From Caldisericota bacterium (lineage in GTDB: Bacteria > Caldisericota > JANLFM01), in assembly GCA_024655965.1 (NCBI GenBank), contig JANLFL010000002.1:115129-179128 (forward strand): a DNA stretch of 64,000 bases, written 5' to 3'. The notes beneath the pieces are model-generated. The model was not told the origin of the DNA, did not search any database, and saw only the letters and a list, made by a program, of their open reading frames with translations. This document shows positions 47,073 through 56,580 of the stretch, piece by piece (the first letter of the stretch is position 1; every line of letters starts with the position of its first letter). The position numbers were made by a program, and so were the translations under genes.

Positions 47073-48410
47073 TCAACCTACTATTAGCTCCTCCTGAGGA
47101 TACCCTATGCGGGTTTCCTTTCTTTTTAAAATTAAGGCGGTCACGAGGGTAAGGACCCCAACGCGGCCGCTGAAAACAGTGAAGATGATGAAGAGTTTTC
47201 CCGGAATTGTCAAGGAAGGGGTAATTCCCGTGGAGAGCCCCACGGTGCCAAACCCCGAGGTCGTTTCGAAAAGAAGCTCCGTAAAGTGGAAGGGTTCAAC
47301 GACCGAAAGGCAAATAGCCACAAAACAGACCAGGAAGAACGATAAAGCGACGATAGAAAAGGCCTTCCGGACCAGGTAGGGAGGAATCTGCTTTCCCCAG
47401 AGAACGGTCTCTGAATAACCCCTGACCGTGCTTTTGATGGTTGCCAGGATCACCCCGATTGATGATGTTTTCACTCCACCGCCCGTTCCTCCTGGAGAAG
47501 CCCCGATGAACATCAGGATCACGATGAACATCAGGGTGCCCACATTCATCGAGCGGATATCCAGGGTGTTAAAACCGGCGGTTCTGGGGGTGACTGCTTG
47601 AAAGAAGGAGGAAAGGAGTTTCTCCCCCAGGGGGAGCTGACCGAGGGTATGAGGGTTTTGAAACTCCATTCCGAAGATCACAAAGGTGCCCAAAATTAAC
47701 AAGATGGCAGTAAAACGAAGGACAAGCTTGGTGTGAAGCTCCAGAGCCTCTTTCTTTCTCCAGTGCCTTACCAGGTTAACAATCACCGGGAAGCCTATCC
47801 CCCCGCAAATAATCAAAGTGCAGACCGTGAGGTTGACCAGAACGTCCCCTTTAAAAAAGGTCAAACTGGAAAAGGGGCCGGAAAAACTCCCCATCAGGTC
47901 GAATCCCGCATTACAAAAAGCGGAAACCGAATGAAACACGGCAAAGTAAGCCGCTTTAAAAAGGGGCATTAAAGAGATGAACCTGAGGAAAAGGAAAACC
48001 GCCCCAAGTCCCTCCAAAAAGACGACGGTGAAGAAGACGTACTTTGCCAGGAGCATGATCCCTTTTAGGCTGGAGATGTTCAGGGTCTCGGCAAGCCTGA
48101 TCCTTTCGATCAAGCCCACCTTTCTTCCCAGGATGAGGGGGAAAAAAGTGGCGATGGTCATGTAGCCCAGGCCCCCAACCTGGATCAAAATGAGGATCAC
48201 CAGTTGCCCAAAAAGGGACCAGTAGGTCCCGGTATCCCTAACCACCAAACCAGTGACACAGGTTGCGGAAGTGGCAGTGAAGAGGGCATCGATGAAAGGC
48301 GTGAATTCTCCATCCTTTGAGGAAACGGGGAGACATAGGATCAGCGCCCCGATGGAGATCACCAGGAGGTAGGATAAAACCACGAATTGTATTGGCTTAA
48401 TCTTTCCCAA
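47073..48410 (-). CDS. ktrB: KtrB/TrkH potassium uptake membrane subunit
   Basis: SATCVTGL, SAFCNAGF, TPRTAGF, GASPGGTGGG.K and FGTVGLS. Confidence 0.92.
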   Translation of the reverse strand: MGKIKPIQFVVLSYLLVISIGALILCLPVSSKDGEFTPFIDALFTATSATCVTGLVVRDTGTYWSLFGQLVILILIQVGGLGYMTIATFFPLILGRKVGLIERIRLAETLNISSLKGIMLLAKYVFFTVVFLEGLGAVFLFLRFISLMPLFKAAYFAVFHSVSAFCNAGFDLMGSFSGPFSSLTFFKGDVLVNLTVCTLIICGGIGFPVIVNLVRHWRKKEALELHTKLVLRFTAILLILGTFVIFGMEFQNPHTLGQLPLGEKLLSSFFQAVTPRTAGFNTLDIRSMNVGTLMFIVILMFIGASPGGTGGGVKTSSIGVILATIKSTVRGYSETVLWGKQIPPYLVRKAFSIVALSFFLVCFVAICLSVVEPFHFTELLFETTSGFGTVGLSTGITPSLTIPGKLFIIFTVFSGRVGVLTLVTALILKRKETRIGYPQEELIVG

Positions 48411-48489
48411 ACTTGGCCATCCTTTAACAGAAATGTATTATATTACCAAAAATTAAAATTACCACTTTCATTTCGAGGAAAATAAAGGG

Positions 48490-48687
48490 ATGGAGATAGA
48501 GGGAAAGGAAGGAATGGGTTTTTTCCTCCCCCCGAAGAAGAAGATCCGGAGGGAGAAAAAACTGGTTGTGGAAGAGGAGGTCTTCGAACCTGCGGACTCC
48601 GTCTGGGACGAGGAGGAAATTCCCAATGAAATTGAAGAAGTTTCCCCCGATCTCCCCGAAGAGGAAGATGAACCCCTCCCTCTTTGA
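48490..48687 (+). CDS. Small acidic hypothetical protein
   Basis: 65 aa with a basic patch then a Glu/Asp/Pro-rich tail; leads the zincin-SDR unit. Confidence 0.45.
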   Translation: MEIEGKEGMGFFLPPKKKIRREKKLVVEEEVFEPADSVWDEEEIPNEIEEVSPDLPEEEDEPLPL

Positions 48688-49039
48688 GGACCTGGTAAGG
48701 GAGGCTTTAGATAGCCTGCCCCCGGAGTTTCAGGAAAAACTGTCCAACGTCTCGGTGGTAGTTGAAGACTTTCCCCCGAGGGAAATCCTCCAGGAAAGGA
48801 ATTTAAAAAGCCCCTATTCCCTTCTTGGCCTTTATGTGGGAGTTCCCCAGAACCGACGGGGGATGGGATACAGTTTCGTCCCCCCCGATCGAATTCTCAT
48901 CTTCCGGATTCCAATCGAAGCTCGAGCTTCAACACCCGAGAAGGTAAGGGCTCTGGTTAAAGAGGTGGTCCTTCATGAGATCGGTCACCATTTTGGCTTA
49001 TCCGAGGAGGAGCTGGAAAGGGCAACCCGGGATGATTGA
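48668..49039 (+). CDS. Zincin-like metallopeptidase (DUF1025 / Zincin_1)
   Basis: LLGLY.G.P, PDRI.IFR.PI, HEIGHHFG. Confidence 0.88.
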   Translation: MNPSLFEDLVREALDSLPPEFQEKLSNVSVVVEDFPPREILQERNLKSPYSLLGLYVGVPQNRRGMGYSFVPPDRILIFRIPIEARASTPEKVRALVKEVVLHEIGHHFGLSEEELERATRDD

Positions 49040-49853
49040 ACTCCAGGAAGCAAGGGACCTTTCTCGACCTGAAAACCTGCTCAAAATCAACGCCATCTTT
49101 GAAAGCAAGGCAGAACCAGTGGTCCTTTCAAGGGAGGTAATCATGGTTTGCGGGGGAAGTTCCAAAACGGCCCTGGGGCTTGTTTCCTCTTTGCTGAACA
49201 AGGGTTTCCGGATCGCAGCCCTAGGCCCCATCAAGGATGACCTTTCTTCCTTGAACTCTCAATTCCCGAACCTCCTCCTTTTGAGTGGGGATCCTGGGGA
49301 TTCAGGAGAATTGAGGGACGCCCTTGACCTGATCGTGGGAAGGTGGGGAGGTATACATGTTTTGGTCAATATTATCTGCCCTCCGGAAAACTTGCCCCGG
49401 GGCTTCCCCACCATGGAAAGGGCAAGGGAGTGCTTTGAAAAGCTCTTCTTTATCCCCCTGAAAGTCACCCTTGAGGTCCTTCCCCAGATGCGGAAACAGG
49501 GAACCGGGATCGTCCATAACCTAATTTCACCTCTCTGCTTCGCTCTGATTCCCGGGACCTTCCCCTTCAGCGCTTCAGAAAGAGCAGTGGAGGCTTTGAG
49601 TTTCTCCTTCCCCTCGGGTTTTTTGGGGAACGGGGTCTATATGAACCTGATGCTTGAAAGCATCCTTTCTGGAGGAACGACAAAGGACGACTCAAAATTT
49701 CAGGAAACCGGAGAAAAATTATCGAGGGCAATCCTGGTTAGGAAATCGGTGATCTCCCCCGATTTACCCACGGGAATTTTCCTATTTCTTTCCCGCAGGT
49801 TCCCCTTTTTAATGGGAAAAATCGCCACAAAACTTTTAAGAAAAGCCCTCTGA
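49032..49853 (+). CDS. Degenerate short-chain dehydrogenase/reductase-like protein
   Basis: Rossmann-like CGGSS, G.IHVLVN, LPQMRKQG.G.I; the YxxxK position reads FSASE. Confidence 0.6.
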   Translation: MIELQEARDLSRPENLLKINAIFESKAEPVVLSREVIMVCGGSSKTALGLVSSLLNKGFRIAALGPIKDDLSSLNSQFPNLLLLSGDPGDSGELRDALDLIVGRWGGIHVLVNIICPPENLPRGFPTMERARECFEKLFFIPLKVTLEVLPQMRKQGTGIVHNLISPLCFALIPGTFPFSASERAVEALSFSFPSGFLGNGVYMNLMLESILSGGTTKDDSKFQETGEKLSRAILVRKSVISPDLPTGIFLFLSRRFPFLMGKIATKLLRKAL

Positions 49854-49890
49854 GGGGCCCCTTAAAAATTCCTATTTTCCATTTTTCTTT

Positions 49891-50463
49891 TTAAAACGAC
49901 AGCACTGGGAAAAATATGGAAAGAAGGGTGAGAACCCCGAAGACCAGGAATAACCCCCCCGCCACATAACTGAGGGTACGGACGGGGATCAACTTTCCCA
50001 AACGGTTCCCCAGAAAAACTGCCACCCCGTCAACGAGGATCATCGCCAGGGAAGCCCCCAGCCAAACGAGGATGGGACTCTTGTATTCCGCGGACAAGGC
50101 CATGGCAAGAAGTTGAGTCTTGTCCCCAAGTTCACTCAAAAAGAAGGTGACAAAAGTTGCCCAGAACGGGGAAAGCCTGTTTTTCACCGACTCCTCCTTC
50201 TTTCCCTTCTCCAGGAGGGAATAGACTCCGAAAAACAGGAAAAGACCCCCAGCGATAATTTTGAGGACGAAATCCGGGAGGAGGGAAAGAATATAATTCC
50301 CGAAAAGGACGGCGATCCCCATTAAGATGAAGACTGCGAAAATGATCCCCCCCAGGACTGCTTTCCAACTGTACCTGGCAGCCAAGGCAACCGCTAAAAA
50401 CTGAGTTTTATCCCCCAGTTCCGCAACCGCAATTAGCCCGAAAGTAAGGAAAAGGACGGTCAA
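49891..50463 (-). CDS. TMEM165/GDT1 (UPF0016) Mn2+/Ca2+ transporter
   Basis: Two ELGDKTQ motifs in a duplicated 3-TM unit. Confidence 0.92.
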   Translation of the reverse strand: MTVLFLTFGLIAVAELGDKTQFLAVALAARYSWKAVLGGIIFAVFILMGIAVLFGNYILSLLPDFVLKIIAGGLFLFFGVYSLLEKGKKEESVKNRLSPFWATFVTFFLSELGDKTQLLAMALSAEYKSPILVWLGASLAMILVDGVAVFLGNRLGKLIPVRTLSYVAGGLFLVFGVLTLLSIFFPVLSF

Positions 50464-51440
50464 AGTTTGAGAAGGGATGCTTTCCCAGCCTGGTAAATCA
50501 AATAGGAAGCTTGGGACCTTGTTGCAGGAAGGGAAGGGTCAAAGAGGAAATTCCCGGAATCGTCTTTCCGCACGATCTGGGGAACATCCAGGGGCAATAA
50601 ACCACCACCTAAAGCGGTCTCCACAAAGGAATAAAACCAGTCCCCGGGAGAACAATCAAAAAAGGTTTGCCGGGGAGGAGAGACGAGGGGCCATGCCAGG
50701 AAGCGAACCAGGATAGTAATGGCCTCTGCTTTGGAAACCTCTTTTTCCGGTTGGAATGTCCCATCCGGGTAACCCTTGATCAAGCCCGCTTTAACTGCGC
50801 CTTCAATGAACTGGTACGCCCAATGATCAGGGGGGACATCGGAAAAGGTGGAAAATTCTGGTTTAGAGGGAGGCAGCCTAAAAGCGAGGAGGGCGATTTT
50901 GGCGAATTCCGCTCGGGAAACGGGATTTTCCGGTTTAAAGTATCCATCGGGGTACCCGGAGAGAATTCCAACTTCGTTTAAGGAGTTGATTTCCTGGAAA
51001 GCCCAGTACTCAAAGGGAACATCAGGGAAAATGGCCTCCACTTTCCTGATGGAAAAATCCAAATCGGAGATATCCCAGACGCTGGGACCAAGGGGAGGCG
51101 ACCAAATCACCCGAATTCTGGAATGGTCGCTCGAAACAGGAGGAACAAGCCAGACGAATGCCCCCAGCCCTCCTGGCTCCTTCGCGGGGTTGGGGAAATA
51201 TACGATGTCCGTCCAGGTCTTCCCGGAATCGAGCGAGAACTGGAGGTTAATGTTTCCTCCTGTCCCCGAGGTGGTCCACTGGATTTCAAAAACCTTTCCC
51301 GCATAAAGGATTTCTCCCCGGTTGGGTTGAATAAGGGTAACAACGTTGGGCTCCTGGGAAGGAATTACGATGGGAGTGGAAAGGAAAAAGGCCCCAATTA
51401 GCAGGGAGGCAAAAAAATTCCTCAAGTTCTGCATTCTCAT
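50460..51440 (-). CDS. Ig-like plus SLH surface protein
   Basis: Signal peptide, PN.GE....G....I.W...SLDSG.TW, SLH triplet. Confidence 0.82.
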   Translation of the reverse strand: MRMQNLRNFFASLLIGAFFLSTPIVIPSQEPNVVTLIQPNRGEILYAGKVFEIQWTTSGTGGNINLQFSLDSGKTWTDIVYFPNPAKEPGGLGAFVWLVPPVSSDHSRIRVIWSPPLGPSVWDISDLDFSIRKVEAIFPDVPFEYWAFQEINSLNEVGILSGYPDGYFKPENPVSRAEFAKIALLAFRLPPSKPEFSTFSDVPPDHWAYQFIEGAVKAGLIKGYPDGTFQPEKEVSKAEAITILVRFLAWPLVSPPRQTFFDCSPGDWFYSFVETALGGGLLPLDVPQIVRKDDSGNFLFDPSLPATRSQASYLIYQAGKASLLKL

Positions 51441-51563
51441 TTCAAATTACCATCCCTTTTAGCATCAAGGGGGATTATACAATCCGGGGGTAAAAGGTGA
51501 AAGAAGGGTAAGAGGGGATGCCTAAAAAAGCCCAAAAAGGTTAAAATACCTGAGGTTTTTAAA

Positions 51564-52541
51564 ATGGTGGACTACCTGGAAATTTCCCAAAAACGATCCA
51601 CTGGGGAACGGAAAAACTTTTCCCTGGGAATCCTTGCCATCCTGATCGCTGCCCTGCTCTGGTCCACCCTGGGGGTGATGGGAAAACTCTTCCTGAAAGA
51701 GGGGGTGGACATGATCGCCGGGGTCTCCCTCCGCCCGTTCTTTGCTTTCCTCGTCCTTCTTACCTCCCGTCCCCTCTTTCACAGAGGGCCCTCCCCCGAG
51801 CCTTATCCCCCGGGAAAGAAAATTGCCTTCTTCGCCCTTTTCGGGTTCGTGGGGGTCACCATCTTTTACATTCTCTATTTCCTTGCGGTCAAGGTGACCT
51901 CAATTTCCCTGGCTGTCCTCCTCCTATACACCGCTCCCGTCTGGGTCTTGATCTTCTCCCTTGTCTCCCGGTGGGAATCATTTTCTTTTCAAAAAGGTGG
52001 GGCTGTAATCCTCTCCCTTGCGGGGGTGAGCCTGATCGCCCAAGCCTCATTTGGGAATTTTTCCATTATGGGCTTCCTCTACGGGCTGGGTTCCGGTTTA
52101 ACCTACGCCTTATTCACTTACTTCGGTAAAATTGCCCTGAAAAGATTTGACCTTTGGTCGGTACTTGTCTGGGTCTTCGGCTTCGGATCCCTTGGTTTTC
52201 TCCCATTCTGGATTTGGCGCCCGGAACTTCTTCTCCAGGTTATCCAAAATCCAACTGCCCTATTAATCGCCTTCCTCATGGGGTTGGGACCAACTGCCAT
52301 TTCCTACGGAGCTTACCTCTGGGCTTTAAATTTCGTCCCCCCGACAGTGGCGGCTTTGATCTGCACCCTTGAACCCGTCCTGGGAAGCCTCTGGGGGGTG
52401 CTCTTTTTCTCCGAGGCCTTCACGTTAAAAAATGCCCTTGGGGGGATTCTTGTCCTTTCGGCAGTGATCCTCGCATCCTCTGGAAGGAAAAAGGGGGAGT
52501 CCCTTGAAAAAGGGGTTGAAAAGAGGGGAGAAATTTCCTGA
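51564..52541 (+). CDS. EamA/DMT-family transporter
   Basis: About 10 TM helices, AALLWS, LLYTAP, LEPV...LWG...F.E. Confidence 0.88.
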   Translation: MVDYLEISQKRSTGERKNFSLGILAILIAALLWSTLGVMGKLFLKEGVDMIAGVSLRPFFAFLVLLTSRPLFHRGPSPEPYPPGKKIAFFALFGFVGVTIFYILYFLAVKVTSISLAVLLLYTAPVWVLIFSLVSRWESFSFQKGGAVILSLAGVSLIAQASFGNFSIMGFLYGLGSGLTYALFTYFGKIALKRFDLWSVLVWVFGFGSLGFLPFWIWRPELLLQVIQNPTALLIAFLMGLGPTAISYGAYLWALNFVPPTVAALICTLEPVLGSLWGVLFFSEAFTLKNALGGILVLSAVILASSGRKKGESLEKGVEKRGEIS

Positions 52542-52599
52542 ACCCTGGATACTGGCTTTTTAAATGCTTTCCCTGGGATAATATTTTTAGGAAAAAGCC

Positions 52600-53052
52600 G
52601 TGGAGATTGAGCGCAAATTCCTGGTAAAAGGGTTACCACTTTCCAAACTGGAGGGAAGGGATTTCTCCCCTATTGAGCAGTATTATCTCAAGAATTCAAC
52701 GGGGGTTCGAATAAGGAGGGAGGGGAAAAAATACACCCTCACGATTAAGGGTGAGGGGTTGAGGGAAAGAACTGAAGTGGAAAAGGAGATCAGCGAAAAG
52801 GAATTTGAAGAGCTGATAGCCCTCTGCGACCGGGGGCTTAAAAAGAGGAGGTATTACCTGGGAAGGTGGGAGATCGACGTCTTTGAAGGAAACCTTGAGG
52901 GCCTGATCCTTGCGGAGATCGAGTTGAGCAAAAAGGATGAGCCTCTCCCCGATTTTCCTTTCCCGGAGGTTAACCTGATCGAGGTCACAGATAACCCTGA
53001 GTATCTCAACGAGAATTTGTCCCGGGGAAATTTTCCTCGCCGGGAACTTTAA
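52600..53052 (+). CDS. CYTH-domain protein
   Basis: EIERKF, RIR, LTIK, E.E, K.RY, EID.F, AEIE and EVT. Confidence 0.88.
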   Translation: MEIERKFLVKGLPLSKLEGRDFSPIEQYYLKNSTGVRIRREGKKYTLTIKGEGLRERTEVEKEISEKEFEELIALCDRGLKKRRYYLGRWEIDVFEGNLEGLILAEIELSKKDEPLPDFPFPEVNLIEVTDNPEYLNENLSRGNFPRREL

Positions 53053-54970
53053 TGGGAAGTCTGACTGTTACCGTCGTCCCTTTTCCGAAATCGCTTGCCA
53101 GAGTCAGGGTTCCTCCGTGTGCCTCGACGATTTTGCGGGAAACATAAAGGCCCAACCCCGTACCGGGAAAGCCCTTTTTGTGGGCATGTCTGCTCCGGAA
53201 GAAGGGCTGGAAAATGGATTCAAGTTCATCTTCGGGGATCCCCACTCCCTGGTCTCGAACCTGAAGGGTTACCACATCTTCCTCCTTGAAGAGCCGGATC
53301 AAAATTTGGGAATTTTTGGGGGAGAATTTTACCGCGTTGGAGAGAAGGTTCCCCACCACCCTGCCCATCGCCTCGCGGTCGAGGTTTAAAACCGGGATTT
53401 CCCCGATCTCGAAGGAGGTTTCAATATTCTTTGATTGGGCAATTGGCTTCTGCTCCTCCCAGCATTCCTTAATAATGGTTGGGAGGTCCGAGGGGCCCAG
53501 GGAAAGGGGATATTTCGCCTCCCTGACCCTCAGGGAATCCATCAAGTTATCCACTAACCTTTTTAACCTCTTGAGATTTCTCTCCAGGGGCTCGCTCCAC
53601 CTTTGGTAAACGGCGGGAATTTCCTCTTGGGGGCAATTTTTTAGCACCTCGCAGGCGGAAAAAAGAAAGGTCAAAGGGGATTTGAATTCATGGGAAATGG
53701 CGTAAAGCAAATCCCTTCTGGCACTTTCCAGCCTCTCCTCCAGGATCTTCTTATCGGTGATGTCCCGAGAAATCCCCAAGATCCCCGTGGGTTTCCCCTT
53801 CGCGTTCCTGGTAAGGGTCTTAATGGTTTCATAAACCCTGGTTTTCCCTTTGAAGGTCAGGGTTTCCTCGATCCGGGAGGTCTCCCCTGAATTAAGCAAC
53901 TGGCGATCGGATTGAGCCACATTTCTTGAGAATTCGGGATCAAAGAGGTCGGAAGCCTTTTTACCAAGAATTTCCGATTCAGGGAGGTCGAGGGCTTTGG
54001 AAAAGGCAGGATTTATCATCCGGTAGCGACCTTTCAAGTCCTTTAAATAAAGGGGATCGGGGATGTTTCGGAAGAGGAGGGAGATTTTTTCCCGCAGGTC
54101 CCTCTCGGATTCCTCATAGCGAAAGCGAAGGATTAGGGCAGAAAGGCTCCCGGATAGAAGGGAGAGGATTTCCAGGTGATCTTCGGAAAAGGCGAAGTCC
54201 TTCTCGTAGGTCTGGACGGCGATCACCCCCCGGGCCTTACCGTTGACCATCAGGGGAACCCCCAACCAGCTTTCTGGAGGCTTGCCAAAGACCTCGACTT
54301 TCCCGCTTTTCACCATTTCCTCGAACTCTTCTCTGGTCTTTAAAAGAAGGGGTTTCCCGGTTCCCAAGATCCATTCCGTAAGTCCCCTACCCCTCTTCCT
54401 GGAGACCCTGCGAGTCCGGCGGAAATTGTCCATGATGTAGGGGAAGGAAATCAGGTCCCTCTCTTCGTCGTAGAGTGCCACATAAAAATTGGGAGCGGGG
54501 ATGAGGTTCTTCAGTACGGAATGGAGAGTTTTGAAAAATCCCTGGAACCCCTTCGAGGTTAGCACTTCCCCCAGAAGTGAAAAGAAGGCGGCACGGATCT
54601 TCCTCGATTTTTCCTCCAGATCCTTGAAAGCCCAAAAAACTCTTTCTTCCTCATTCCCCGGGAAAAAAATATTTTCCCCGGACAGGGAAAAGGTAACCTC
54701 TTTCCCCCCAACCAGGAAGGGAACGCGAAGGTTTTTGACCGTCCCGTCATTTTCCAGATGGTTTTGGAATTCCTTGCGGAACCGGGGGGAAATAAGATCC
54801 TGGATTTTGACCTGGGAAAGGCACTCTTCCTTCAGGGAACAGGTGCCCAGAAAGGGAGAGTTTCCCCACTTGATCCTTCCCCCGGAGTCAATAGCAAAGA
54901 CAAGGACCTCTCTGGAATCGGGAGATTCCTCACTGTTTGTCTCCCTTTTTGACCTTCCCCTTTTTCCCAT
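53006..54970 (-). CDS. Cytoplasmic PAS-GAF-PAS sensor histidine kinase (orphan)
   Basis: H-box SHEFKSPL, N-box NLLSNAVKF, D.G.GI, F.PF, GTGLGL; no TM helix; no adjacent response regulator. Confidence 0.9.
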   Translation of the reverse strand: MGKRGRSKRETNSEESPDSREVLVFAIDSGGRIKWGNSPFLGTCSLKEECLSQVKIQDLISPRFRKEFQNHLENDGTVKNLRVPFLVGGKEVTFSLSGENIFFPGNEEERVFWAFKDLEEKSRKIRAAFFSLLGEVLTSKGFQGFFKTLHSVLKNLIPAPNFYVALYDEERDLISFPYIMDNFRRTRRVSRKRGRGLTEWILGTGKPLLLKTREEFEEMVKSGKVEVFGKPPESWLGVPLMVNGKARGVIAVQTYEKDFAFSEDHLEILSLLSGSLSALILRFRYEESERDLREKISLLFRNIPDPLYLKDLKGRYRMINPAFSKALDLPESEILGKKASDLFDPEFSRNVAQSDRQLLNSGETSRIEETLTFKGKTRVYETIKTLTRNAKGKPTGILGISRDITDKKILEERLESARRDLLYAISHEFKSPLTFLFSACEVLKNCPQEEIPAVYQRWSEPLERNLKRLKRLVDNLMDSLRVREAKYPLSLGPSDLPTIIKECWEEQKPIAQSKNIETSFEIGEIPVLNLDREAMGRVVGNLLSNAVKFSPKNSQILIRLFKEEDVVTLQVRDQGVGIPEDELESIFQPFFRSRHAHKKGFPGTGLGLYVSRKIVEAHGGTLTLASDFGKGTTVTVRLPIKVPGEENFPGTNSR

Positions 54971-55024
54971 CTTCTCCCCAAACAGTTTTTCCCCTGGGTT
55001 TCCGCATATTTTACTGAATTTCCC

Positions 55025-55063
55025 TCAAAAAGGAAAGGAGGTTTTTCCTCCTTTCCTTTTTGA
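55025..55063. terminator. Bidirectional intrinsic terminator closing the DUF1659-YvrJ operon
   Basis: Perfect 17-bp inverted repeat TCAAAAAGGAAAGGAGG-TTTTT-CCTCCTTTCCTTTTTGA. Confidence 0.8.
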
Positions 55064-55125
55064 ATCTGATCTCCTGTTTCCTTAATCTTGACCTACGTCT
55101 CTCAACTTCTCTTTTTTTCCTCGCT

Positions 55126-55287
55126 TCATTCATCCTGAATATTAGTTCCCAGGCTCTCCACAACCCTGGTCAACTCCATGATTACCTCTGAGAGTTTCTC
55201 CAGTTTCCCCTCAACCCGAAAGAGGAGATAGGCAGAGACAACGATGGGAAAACCAAAATTGGCGACTAAACGCAAAAAATCCTCCAA
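55126..55287 (-). CDS. YvrJ-family small membrane protein (holin-like topology)
   Basis: Translated by hand (below the ORF-track cutoff): MEDFLRLVANFGFPIVVSAYLLFRVEGKLEKLSEVIMELTRVVESLGTNIQDE; NFGFPI...YLL.R.E.K signature; AGGAGGTGA RBS. Confidence 0.85.
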   Translation of the reverse strand: MEDFLRLVANFGFPIVVSAYLLFRVEGKLEKLSEVIMELTRVVESLGTNIQDE

Positions 55288-55301
55288 GCGATTTCACCTC
55301 C

Positions 55302-56036
55302 TCATACGGGAAATACCAGATCCAGGAGCCTTTTTAATAAGAGCGCGGCTTCTCCCCTTAAGAGGGGTTTCTCAGGGTGGAAGCTGCCATCGGGAAAGCC
55401 CTTGATCACACCCCTTCCCGATAAGGCATTTAACACCTCCTTGAGTTCCGGGGAGGAAACATCCCAGAAGCGGAAGGAGCTTGCCAGGAAGCCCTTCAAC
55501 CCCTGAACAATTCCCGAAGAAACTCCTTCCAAGAAACGGGAATTCTGAAGCAGCCGGGCTTCCTGGGGATCGGAGATGAAGAGGACCTCGATCAAACAGG
55601 CAGGGCCAGGAAATTCCCGCAAAATTCCAATTTCACCCTTCCAGGTGTGGTCAAATGCCGGCGCCCACTGGTCATCAGATTTTGCCCCTCTAATTTTAAG
55701 GGGGAGTTGGGAAAGGGAATTCAAAATGGAAAGGCTAAGCTCTTTTCCCAATTCGTTCCCGGAACGGTACCAAATCTCGCAGCCCTGGGCGCCTGGAGGT
55801 CCGGAGTTTAAATGAAGGCTCAATAAAACTTCGCATCCTTTCTCGTGGGCTTCACGTCCCCTCATGGATGAAAGAAGGTCTCGGTCGGGGTAGAAGACCT
55901 GAAAGTCCCCACCCAGCTTCTCTTTGACCAGTTCCCTCAAGACGGAAGTTACTGCCTCCTCGGAGAGGCCAAGTTCATAATTGATGGCCCCTGGATCCCC
56001 CTCCCTTCCGTGTCCCGCATCGAGAGCAATTTTCAT
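55302..56036 (-). CDS. N-acetylmuramoyl-L-alanine amidase with one C-terminal SLH domain and no signal peptide (endolysin-like)
   Basis: MKIALDAGHG, E, SLHLN, G.E, LIEV.FIS; C-terminal G.IKGFPDGSFHPE..L.RGEAA. Confidence 0.9.
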   Translation of the reverse strand: MKIALDAGHGREGDPGAINYELGLSEEAVTSVLRELVKEKLGGDFQVFYPDRDLLSSMRGREAHEKGCEVLLSLHLNSGPPGAQGCEIWYRSGNELGKELSLSILNSLSQLPLKIRGAKSDDQWAPAFDHTWKGEIGILREFPGPACLIEVLFISDPQEARLLQNSRFLEGVSSGIVQGLKGFLASSFRFWDVSSPELKEVLNALSGRGVIKGFPDGSFHPEKPLLRGEAALLLKRLLDLVFPV

Positions 56037-56054
56037 TTTCGCCTCCTTTCATTT

Positions 56055-56080
56055 AGGTGGCGGGGTTTCCCCCGCCACCT
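56055..56080 (-). other. Strong intergenic RNA hairpin without a U-tract
   Basis: AGGTGGCGGGG-GAAA-CCCCGCCACCT, an 11-bp stem with a GNRA loop on the minus strand. Confidence 0.7.
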
Positions 56081-56090
56081 GTTTAACTGG

Positions 56091-56321
56091 CTATGGCACT
56101 AAGTCCTGGACATTCCTGTTCACGATCTGGGCATCCACCACACCAACCAACCTCCCTCCCGGAGCCTGGAAGACGTCCCGGGAGATGATGCTGTTCATCA
56201 CTTGGGTAACCTCCTCCTGAGTGAGGTCGTCCCTGGGGTTATTGATGGTAATGATAAAATTTCGGGAAGGGTCCTCGGTGGAAAAAATCATCCTCAAGGT
56301 TTGTCTGAAAGAATCAGCCAA
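56091..56321 (-). CDS. DUF2922-family protein
   Basis: TL.M.F......F.I.I.NP..DLT..EV..VM..II...VF...GG.LV....A.IV.R.V; AAAGGAGGTGA RBS with TTG start. Confidence 0.82.
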   Translation of the reverse strand: MADSFRQTLRMIFSTEDPSRNFIITINNPRDDLTQEEVTQVMNSIISRDVFQAPGGRLVGVVDAQIVNRNVQDLVP

Positions 56322-56352
56322 GTTAATCACCTCCTTTCAAAATAAATTCTGA

Positions 56353-56580
56353 TTAAACGGAGAGGAGCTCGGAGCGGTCCACTTTCTCCACGGAATAAAG
56401 CGTCAGCTCCATCAATCCGGCAAGGTCCTGAGCGGTGGCATAGAGGTCTTCAAGGGAAGCTTGAGGCCGAATGTTGTTGAAGCTCACCGCCCGGAGGATC
56501 GTTCTCCCGGATTCGGGGTCAGTCCCGGCGTTCAACCTTAGGGTAAGCCGGGAAGGATAGGGATTGGCATTTACGGGCAT
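56353..56580 (-). CDS. DUF1659-family protein
   Basis: S.L.L....G.D..G..I....SF.NI...A....LY..A..LA.L......V...D...L; AAAGGAGGTGA RBS. Confidence 0.82.
   Translation of the reverse strand: MPVNANPYPSRLTLRLNAGTDPESGRTILRAVSFNNIRPQASLEDLYATAQDLAGLMELTLYSVEKVDRSELLSV

Noticed and set aside
50464-50600. yybP-ykoY manganese riboswitch upstream of the TMEM165 gene
   Set aside because: The gene overlaps the upstream SLH gene's stop, leaving no leader, and no motif was seen.
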